Notes: a model not told the origin generated them from the sequence alone. DNA of 6,006 nt from Candidatus Odinarchaeota archaeon (GCA_038826135.1 JAWBON010000073.1:1-6006), one strand, 5' to 3'; counted from the stretch's first letter, positions 1 to 5,630 are shown. Numbers and translations are program-made.

Positions 1-1
1 T

Positions 2-733
2 AATGTCAACAGTTTTGTCTCAGTTGAAGGAGTCCCGCTCTTCTACGCTTTATACCAGCTTATAGACCCGGTTTTCAAAGCCAATCCTTCCCCCTATATT
101 ATAGTTTTACTTTCAGGCGTAGGAGCCCTCTCAATTATCTTAGGAAATCTTCTAGCCTACAAACAGAAAGACTATATGAGAATGATCGCTTATTCATGCA
201 TAGACGTGTACGGTCACAGCGCGCTAATACTAGGCTTATTTAACCCCTTAGCCTATACAGCCGGTTTCTTCTATCTAATTAACGCGTCAATTGTGAAAAT
301 GAGTTTATTCCAGAATCTAGGCGTGGTGACAAGACTCTCTAAGACCACAAATATGGAGGAGATGGGTGGACTATCTAACAAGCTTCGAAAAACATCCTAT
401 ATATATTTAGCAGGCGCACTGTCCATTGTCGGAATACCCCCGTTCGCAGGATTCTACGCGAAAATCCTAGTATATCAAACTCTTTACACGTTCATATCTA
501 CTTCAAACATTATCCTAGGCGCGTTAGCTGTAGCAGGTTTAATGTCTCTTTCTCTAATAGCGTTATCGTATTTTATACTATCCTATCATAAAATATTCCT
601 AGGATCTGTTAAAAATATCAAGTTAGATTCAAGCGAACCTCATATTTTAATGTGGCTACCGGCTGCGATAGGGATAGCCCTATCTTTACTCATAGGATTA
701 CAGCCTCAACTGTTAATAACAAGTTTAATATGA
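2..733 (+). CDS. Antiporter-like membrane subunit (MrpD/MbhH/NuoM-N, proton_antipo_M family), 5'-partial; C-terminal half (about TM8-TM14)
   Basis: The frame of the 176..733 ORF is open back to base 2 (NVNSFVSVEGVPLFYALYQLIDPVFKANPSPYIIVLLSGVGALSIILGNLLAYKQKDY-MRMIAYS...), so the gene starts left of the window. Family motifs: GxLxAxxQxDxxRxxAYS, MEEMGGL, LSIVGIPPFAGFYAK. It ends just after the last TM (IGLQP) at TGA 731-733 with no NuoL/MrpA-type lateral-helix extension. Confidence 0.9.
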   Translation, partial: NVNSFVSVEGVPLFYALYQLIDPVFKANPSPYIIVLLSGVGALSIILGNLLAYKQKDYMRMIAYSCIDVYGHSALILGLFNPLAYTAGFFYLINASIVKMSLFQNLGVVTRLSKTTNMEEMGGLSNKLRKTSYIYLAGALSIVGIPPFAGFYAKILVYQTLYTFISTSNIILGALAVAGLMSLSLIALSYFILSYHKIFLGSVKNIKLDSSEPHILMWLPAAIGIALSLLIGLQPQLLITSLI

Positions 734-739
734 AAAAAC
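734..739 (-). terminator. Possible oligo-T terminator for DUF72
   Basis: The minus strand reads CAGTTTTTTCA immediately after the DUF72 stop (plus-strand A6 at 734-739). Archaeal termination commonly uses T-tracts. Confidence 0.35.
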
Positions 740-741
740 TG

Positions 742-1446
742 TTACGAAACATTAAACCTGTCTTTTAATAATTGAAGCATCCGCCGTCCGTTCTCCAGCA
801 TACCACGATCATTATTAAAGAAAACATACACTCGCTCCGGCTTAACTTTAAAAATTCTTTCAGAAACCTCTTGAAGCTCAGCTTCACTGTAATAATGAGT
901 GTACCATGCGCTTCTACCATGCATCCTAACATATACCAAACCGTTCACATTATAAATATCTAAAGGCAGCTTCGGACAGTCTACGCTAACAAAAACAGCT
1001 CCAAGCCGCTCAGCCCATTTAACATAGGCTTCACTAAACCATTCAATATTTCTCGCCTCCAAAGCCACCCTACCGTTTAAGCCAATACGGTTGATAAAAC
1101 TCTCAATCACATCAGCCGCATCGGAACCTGTTGAAGGGGGAAGTTGAAACAGATAAAAGCTTATTAACGAGTCAAGAGGCTTAAACAAATTAAAAAACCT
1201 CTCCCAGAATTTTAAGGCTTCCGTGGAAAACTTGTAAACATGAGTTATCATCCTGTTAACCTTGACAACCCATCGAAGCGTTTTTCCTTTAACAGCCCAC
1301 GAATTAATCATTTTCTCAAACGGTAACCTGTAAAAACTCATATTCAATTCAACAGCGTTCAAACCTGAGTCACTGACATACCAGTCAAGACTACCCCCAG
1401 TATTCCAAGGATAAGCCCATCCGGATGTGCCTACAAATAATTCCAT
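742..1446 (-). CDS. DUF72 (YecE-like) domain protein, 234 aa
   Basis: N-terminal VGTSGWAY, VELNMSFYRLP, LFQLPPS, ALEARN, VSVDCP and YVRMHGR match the characteristic DUF72 motifs. ATG at 1446, TAA at 742-744. No SD upstream, so possibly leaderless. Confidence 0.92.
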   Translation of the reverse strand: MELFVGTSGWAYPWNTGGSLDWYVSDSGLNAVELNMSFYRLPFEKMINSWAVKGKTLRWVVKVNRMITHVYKFSTEALKFWERFFNLFKPLDSLISFYLFQLPPSTGSDAADVIESFINRIGLNGRVALEARNIEWFSEAYVKWAERLGAVFVSVDCPKLPLDIYNVNGLVYVRMHGRSAWYTHYYSEAELQEVSERIFKVKPERVYVFFNNDRGMLENGRRMLQLLKDRFNVS

Positions 1447-1620
1447 AATAAATTATTTAACCATTATGAAAATTAATTTTATCTTTTAAACCATACTTGA
1501 AAATAATGAGTTTTTAAATCTTCAAAAAATGTTTTCAATTCGTCAATATCTTTAAATCGAATATCAATCTTATATGATAGGATTCATTAAAAATTATTTT
1601 ACACACGGCTAGTGATTCAC
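1447..1620. promoter_or_regulatory. AT-rich divergent promoter region for DUF72 (-) and the hydrogenase operon (+)
   Basis: 174-bp non-coding gap between divergent genes. Candidate + strand TATA boxes are TTATAT 1570-1575 and TTTAAAT 1551-1557. A candidate - strand BRE/TATA-like GATAAAATTAATTT lies about 24-37 nt upstream of the DUF72 ATG. Exact boxes are uncertain in such AT-rich DNA. Confidence 0.5.
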
Positions 1621-2037
1621 ATGAACATAGTAGGTAAAGGACGCGTTAAATCACCGTGGCTATTCCACCTGAACACAGGCTCCTGCAATGGTTGTGATAT
1701 AGAAATAATCGCAGCCCTAACACCGAGATATGATGTTGAAAGATTAGGATGCATACTTGTAGGCTCAGTCAGACACGCCGATATTTTACTGTTAACAGGA
1801 CCTGTGACAAGGCAAATGTACAGTAGAGTCATGAGAGTGTACGAGCAGATGCCTGAACCTAAAGCAGTGGTTGTAATAGGCTCCTGCGCAATGTCAGGCG
1901 GAGTATACACAGGAAGCCCCTCCGTTGAAGGCCCTGCAGATAAATTCATACCCGTCGACTCCTATGTAGCAGGCTGCCCTCCTAGGCCGGAAGCGATAAT
2001 TAAAGGAGTTATCGAAGCTCTTAAAAAATTCAGGTGA
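1621..2037 (+). CDS. mbhJ: Group 4 [NiFe]-hydrogenase small subunit (NuoB/MbhJ/EchC-like, one [4Fe-4S]), 138 aa
   Basis: Motifs NTGSCNGCDIE, PRYDVERLG, RHADILLLTGPVT, PEPKAVVVIGSCA and GCPPRPEAII, with four Cys ligands. ATG 1621 is preferred over GTG 1612 because AGTGA (1611-1615) is an SD-like element at suitable spacing. The symbol is assigned by similarity and synteny. Confidence 0.93.
   Translation: MNIVGKGRVKSPWLFHLNTGSCNGCDIEIIAALTPRYDVERLGCILVGSVRHADILLLTGPVTRQMYSRVMRVYEQMPEPKAVVVIGSCAMSGGVYTGSPSVEGPADKFIPVDSYVAGCPPRPEAIIKGVIEALKKFR
2032..2037 (+). promoter_or_regulatory. Shine-Dalgarno AGGTGA overlapping the small-subunit stop codon
   Basis: AGGTGA 2032-2037 lies directly upstream of ATG 2041. 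The short spacing (3 nt) suggests translational coupling. Confidence 0.55.
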
Positions 2038-2040
2038 AAC

Positions 2041-3237
2041 ATGTTGGAGAAGAAAACCGTTGACTACGAGTATTCTCGACTCATCCTGCCAGTTGGGCCT
2101 GTTCACCCAGCTTTAAAAGAGCCTGTAAACCTGAATGTAACAGTTATAAACGAGGAGATAGTGGACGTTGATTTAAAATTCAATTACATATATAGGGGAA
2201 TAGAATACTTGGCGGAAAGACGCAACATAGCCCAGACAATATACTTAGTTGAGAGAATCTGCGGCTTATGCTCGCAAGCTCACACGTTAACATTCGTACA
2301 AGCCATAGAGGAGATAGCGCAGATACAGCCGCCTGTTAAAGCAGATATGATAAGAGTAGTTTGCGCTGAATTAGAGAGAATTCACAGTCACATGCTACTT
2401 ATAGGTGTTGTCGCCTACGATATAGGATTAGACACACTCTTCATGTACGCTTTTAAATCCAGGGAGACAGTGATGGATCTGCTTGAAAAAATTTCAGGTA
2501 AACGCGTTCACCATGATCTTAACACTATAGGCGGTGTCAGATTCGACATAGATAAAAAACTGAGCGAGCAGGTAATTAAAGGCTTAAAGAAAATAGTGAG
2601 AACTAACACCTATATATTACAGGTTTTAGCAGATGCAACTGTTGAAAACAGGTTAAAGGGGGTAGGCTTACTACCTAAAAACTTAGCTGCAGAGCTCTCA
2701 GTCGTTGGGCCTACAGCGCGAGGCTCAGGTTTAACAAAAGATGTTAGATTTAACAGACCTTACTCGGCTTATAAAGATTACAACAAGTATTTTAAAATGA
2801 TTACACTCGACGGGTGTGATTCTCTAGCACGCCTCTACATAAGAGTTAAAGAAGTCTATGAGTCAATATACTTAATTGAAAGACTGTTAGATGAACTCCC
2901 AGCCGGGCCTATAAAAGTCGAGGAGAAAACGCTTAAAATAATTAAGAAAATACCTAAAGGCGAGGCTTTCTCACTTGTAGAAGCACCCCGCGGTCAGCTA
3001 ACTCACTATGCTAAAACTGATGGAAAAGAAGGCTTAGACCGGTTGTCGGTTAGAACCCCCACCATACCCAACATAACCTCGGTTAAACACATGCTTATCC
3101 ACCACCAGATAGCTGATATCCCTGTAATATTCTCCTCAATCGATCCCTGCATAAGCTGCGCTAACAGGGTAACCGTCACAGATGCTTCAACCAGTAAAAC
3201 TAAAGTAATACAGTTTAAAAACATTAGAGGGGGATAG
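2041..3237 (+). CDS. mbhL: Group 4 [NiFe]-hydrogenase large (catalytic) subunit, MbhL-like, 398 aa
   Basis: GPVHPALKEP (conserved Glu), RGIE, L1 ERICGLC (C74/C77), ELERIHSH, VGPTARGSG, EAPRG and L2 DPCISCANR (C370/C373), followed by a 22-aa tail. The length shows it is not fused to NuoC. All four Ni/Fe Cys are present. Confidence 0.95.
   Translation: MLEKKTVDYEYSRLILPVGPVHPALKEPVNLNVTVINEEIVDVDLKFNYIYRGIEYLAERRNIAQTIYLVERICGLCSQAHTLTFVQAIEEIAQIQPPVKADMIRVVCAELERIHSHMLLIGVVAYDIGLDTLFMYAFKSRETVMDLLEKISGKRVHHDLNTIGGVRFDIDKKLSEQVIKGLKKIVRTNTYILQVLADATVENRLKGVGLLPKNLAAELSVVGPTARGSGLTKDVRFNRPYSAYKDYNKYFKMITLDGCDSLARLYIRVKEVYESIYLIERLLDELPAGPIKVEEKTLKIIKKIPKGEAFSLVEAPRGQLTHYAKTDGKEGLDRLSVRTPTIPNITSVKHMLIHHQIADIPVIFSSIDPCISCANRVTVTDASTSKTKVIQFKNIRGG
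3227..3233 (+). promoter_or_regulatory. Shine-Dalgarno GAGGGGG for the NuoH-like gene
   Basis: GAGGGGG lies 5 nt upstream of TTG 3239, inside the end of the large-subunit gene, and supports the TTG start. Confidence 0.55.
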
Positions 3238-3238
3238 A

Positions 3239-4186
3239 TTGGCTGACATACTGGAAATAGCTATAATATTAGTAGCGACACCGGTTTTAATATTAATAAG
3301 CCTGTTAGCTGAAGGCGTGGATAGAAAAATCTACGCTAGAATGCAGCGGCGAATAGGACCGCCGATCACACAACCCATATATGATTTTATTAAACTAGCT
3401 GGAAAAGAGAGAATAATACCTTCAACAGCTAAGAGAGCTGTGTTCATAGCAGCCCCGTATGTGGCATTCCTATTCTCGATAAGTGCGCTGGTAATTCCAG
3501 TAGCCACTTTAATTTTAAATGTAAATTTTACAGGTGACATTATACTTATAGCATACATGATTGTGGCGGTTTCATTAATGTTTATCATTGGAGGAGCAGC
3601 CTCAGGAAACCCTTATAGTTCAATAGGCATGTCGCGGACGATTATAATGATGATATCGTATGAAATACCTGTCTTAGCCTCTCTGATAATAGTCGCGGTT
3701 AAATCCGGGCTAACACTCGGAATATTCGATGTAATAACTCTTCAAACAAAAATCAACCTCCCTCTCGCATTAATATACCCTAGCATCACTTTAATGGCTG
3801 CTGTTTTCCTGTTCTGCATACCTGCAGCTGCTGAAGCTCAACCCTTCGATATACCTACAGCTAAAACAGAGATAATACACGGTGCTCTAACAGAGTACAC
3901 AGGATTATATTTAGCGTTATTCAAACTCGCGAAAGCTAATCACGTTCTCCTCTTAAATATTTTAACCGTGATTCTCTTTTTCTACCCGGTTTTCATACCG
4001 TTAGAGATGGATTGGCTTGCTCTAATAGTAATATTAATATTAGCCCTAGTTATAAGATTCTTTACAGTAACCATTCCTAGAGCTGTTTTCGCCAGGCTTA
4101 GAGTAACCCAGGCTCTTAAACTATACTGGTTTATAGCAGGTATACTCATAATATCCTCAATAATCTTACTTGGATTGGGGGTTTGA
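3239..4186 (+). CDS. mbhM: NuoH/MbhM/HycD-like membrane anchor subunit, 315 aa
   Basis: EGVDRKIYARMQRRIGPPITQPIYDFIKLAGKE, SGNPYSSIGMSR, ISYEIP and PFD...E...G..TEYTG, with about 8 hydrophobic segments. TTG start 1 nt after the large-subunit stop. Confidence 0.93.
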   Translation: MADILEIAIILVATPVLILISLLAEGVDRKIYARMQRRIGPPITQPIYDFIKLAGKERIIPSTAKRAVFIAAPYVAFLFSISALVIPVATLILNVNFTGDIILIAYMIVAVSLMFIIGGAASGNPYSSIGMSRTIIMMISYEIPVLASLIIVAVKSGLTLGIFDVITLQTKINLPLALIYPSITLMAAVFLFCIPAAAEAQPFDIPTAKTEIIHGALTEYTGLYLALFKLAKANHVLLLNILTVILFFYPVFIPLEMDWLALIVILILALVIRFFTVTIPRAVFARLRVTQALKLYWFIAGILIISSIILLGLGV

Positions 4187-4187
4187 A

Positions 4188-4538
4188 ATGAAACTACTAA
4201 AAGCTGGTCGCATTATAACATATGCTTTAAAATCACTCTTCAAAAAACCCGCGACTGTAAAATACTACACTAAGCCCGGTGAATTCGTACCGGTTCCAGA
4301 AAGGTTTAGAGGCAGAATAGTTTACGATTATGACGGTTGCATCGGCTGCACTCTTTGCATTAAAGTCTGCCCTGCAGGGGCGATCCTAGCAACACCTGAA
4401 AGAAAAGTAAACTTTTATATGGATAGGTGCATATTCTGTGGAGAGTGCGCTGAAACATGTCCTGTTAAAGTTATATCGTTTTCAAAAGATTTTGAAATAA
4501 CATCCGAGAGTAGAAGCAGACTAGTCGTGAAAAAATAG
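4188..4538 (+). CDS. mbhN: NuoI/MbhN-like 2x[4Fe-4S] ferredoxin-type subunit, 116 aa
   Basis: KKPATVKY and PERFRG, then CIGCTLCIKVCP and CIFCGECAETCP. ATG 4188 (1 nt after the NuoH stop, GGGGG at 4177-4181) is preferred over the track's TTG 4170. Confidence 0.93.
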   Translation: MKLLKAGRIITYALKSLFKKPATVKYYTKPGEFVPVPERFRGRIVYDYDGCIGCTLCIKVCPAGAILATPERKVNFYMDRCIFCGECAETCPVKVISFSKDFEITSESRSRLVVKK

Positions 4539-4541
4539 TTT

Positions 4542-4548
4542 GAGGTGA
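4542..4548 (+). promoter_or_regulatory. Consensus archaeal Shine-Dalgarno GAGGTGA
   Basis: GAGGTGA lies 8 nt upstream of GTG 4557. Confidence 0.7.
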
Positions 4549-4556
4549 TGTTTTAA

Positions 4557-5030
4557 GTGTCAGACTCTAAGGAGAAAGTGATGTTAAGCTTACGTAACGT
4601 TGTATTCACAAGTTATGAGAATAAGTCGCTTGAAGATTTTCTGATGGAGAAATACGGGTTCAAGAAAACAGAGAGTAAAATAGGAGAGTTAACATCAATG
4701 GAAGGCGATTTTGAGCCCCCAGAACAGTTTAAAAACTTGAAAATAATTGAGCGTGGAAGACAGAAAACCAGTTGCACAATACTACTGGCGGGGAAATACA
4801 CTGAAGAAAGTTTAAGCATATATTTCCTAGGCGAAGTTACAAGAGAAAAATACACTGTTCAATTAACCGAATCTGAAAAGAAAACAATACATATAGATAA
4901 ATACCAGATGGTGAGAATTGAAGGATTCAGCGGCCGCGCTATCCAAGAATTCTTAGAGCTGTTAAGAGTTCAACTGGGAATATCGTTTGAATCAATGGAT
5001 TGGAGTTTTCACCCTGAAACTACAGCTTAA
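4557..5030 (+). CDS. Hypothetical soluble protein, 157 aa, last gene of the hydrogenase operon
   Basis: 474-nt ORF with a perfect SD, 18 nt after the NuoI-like stop. Hydrophilic (Glu/Lys-rich), no TM segment, a single Cys, and no family motif I recognise. Confidence 0.8.
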   Translation: MSDSKEKVMLSLRNVVFTSYENKSLEDFLMEKYGFKKTESKIGELTSMEGDFEPPEQFKNLKIIERGRQKTSCTILLAGKYTEESLSIYFLGEVTREKYTVQLTESEKKTIHIDKYQMVRIEGFSGRAIQEFLELLRVQLGISFESMDWSFHPETTA

Positions 5031-5067
5031 AAAAGATAAAGTAAAGTTTTAAAAATAAAAAGAAAGT
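5031..5067 (-). terminator. T-rich intrinsic terminator region for hsp20 (convergent 37-bp gap)
   Basis: The minus strand after the hsp20 stop reads ACTTTCTTTTTATTTTTAAAACTTTACTTTATCTTTT, with several T-tracts. The plus strand has only T4 (5047-5050). Confidence 0.5.
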
Positions 5068-5517
5068 TTACTCTATCTCTAGTTTAAAGCTTTTCTTCTC
5101 CTCCTTCTTAGGAAGTCTAATCTCTAGTACACCGTTCTTATAAGTAGCCTTAGCTTTTTCAGCGTCTACAGAAACAGGCAGCGGCAGCTTCCTGTAAAAC
5201 TTTCTGTAAACCCGCTCTCTCCTAATATAGCCTTTATCCTCCTCTTTCTCCTCCCTTTTCACTTCGGAAGACACTTCGACTGCATCCTCTGAAACCTTTA
5301 TTTGAATGTCATCTTTGCTTAAACCAGGCATATCCGATGTTATCACAAGCTCACTGTCTGTCTCCATAATATCGACGTCAGGGGTTTTAACCTCAAGCTC
5401 CCCGCCTTTCTCCCCTGGTAGAGCTGGAACCGGCTCCTCCCATATCCGGGACATCATATCATCCATTCTCTCCCACATACGCCGAATCTCGTCAAAGAAG
5501 GATCTTCTCCTCGACAT
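5068..5517 (-). CDS. hsp20: Small heat shock protein (Hsp20/alpha-crystallin family), 149 aa
   Basis: Alpha-crystallin domain motifs PDVDIMET, DMPGLSKDDIQI, RRERVYRKFYRKLPLPVSVD and AKATYKNGVLEIRLPK. Met/Phe-rich N-terminal arm, C-terminal IXI-like LEI, and SD GGAGGG 7 nt upstream. Confidence 0.96.
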   Translation of the reverse strand: MSRRRSFFDEIRRMWERMDDMMSRIWEEPVPALPGEKGGELEVKTPDVDIMETDSELVITSDMPGLSKDDIQIKVSEDAVEVSSEVKREEKEEDKGYIRRERVYRKFYRKLPLPVSVDAEKAKATYKNGVLEIRLPKKEEKKSFKLEIE

Positions 5518-5524
5518 AGTCTAT

Positions 5525-5530
5525 CCCTCC
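5525..5530 (-). promoter_or_regulatory. Shine-Dalgarno GGAGGG for hsp20
   Basis: Plus-strand CCCTCC 5525-5530, 7 nt from ATG 5517. Confidence 0.65.
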
Positions 5531-5536
5531 TTCATT

Positions 5537-5559
5537 AAACTATAATAAAAATATAGTTT
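5537..5559. repeat. Perfect 8-bp inverted repeat AAACTATA-N7-TATAGTTT upstream of hsp20 (candidate operator)
   Basis: Read directly: AAACTATA 5537-5544, spacer ATAAAAA, TATAGTTT 5552-5559. It lies 20-42 nt upstream of the hsp20 start. The regulatory role is inferred. Confidence 0.55.
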
Positions 5560-5590
5560 CAATAAGCATTAAAATAATAAGTTGCATGAA

Positions 5591-5611
5591 AATATAAACA
5601 TAACCTTTCGC
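5591..5611 (-). promoter_or_regulatory. Candidate BRE/TATA promoter for hsp20
   Basis: The minus strand reads CGAAAGGTTATGTTTATATT: purine-rich BRE-like CGAAAGG (5610-5604) followed by TTTATATT (5598-5591). An alternative TATA is TTATTATT around 5580-5573. Confidence 0.4.
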
Positions 5612-5630
5612 TTAAGATAAAAATCGTACA

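Noticed and set aside
3-65. Short +3-frame ORF (MSTVLSQLKE...) suggesting a frameshift that could restore a TM8 Lys
   Set aside because: The +2 frame is open without a break and aligns to the TM8 pattern (VNSFVS...YAL). The +3 frame stops after 20 codons and shows no further family similarity.
176-733. Track start at ATG 176
   Set aside because: This is an internal Met. The frame and family motifs continue upstream to the window edge.
772-963. 63-aa + strand ORF
   Set aside because: Antisense shadow inside DUF72, with no SD or recognisable motif.
1612-1626. Small palindromes GTGATTCAC and TTCACATGAA over the small-subunit RBS and start
   Set aside because: The arms are only 4 bp, expected by chance and too weak to be stable.
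1617-2106. Minus-strand ORFs 1617..1949 and 1894..2106
   Set aside because: Antisense shadows of the well-supported small and large subunit genes, with no motifs.
2041-3237. Interpretation as complex I NuoD, Fpo, or Mbx/Mbs sulfane reductase
   Set aside because: Both CxxC Ni-Fe motifs (RICGLC, DPCISC) are intact, whereas those non-hydrogenase homologues lack some or all of these Cys.
3006-3588. Minus-strand ORFs 3006..3224 and 3331..3588
   Set aside because: Antisense shadows of the large-subunit and NuoH-like genes.
4548-4556. In-frame mini-ORF ATG-TTT-TAA directly before the GTG of the 157-aa gene
   Set aside because: The ATG overlaps the SD itself (no spacing), so initiation is implausible. 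GTG 4557 has ideal SD spacing.
4613-4855. 80-aa minus-strand ORF
   Set aside because: Antisense to the 157-aa ORF, which has the consensus SD and operon context.
5306-5545. 79-aa + strand ORF
   Set aside because: Ser/Ile-rich antisense shadow of hsp20.
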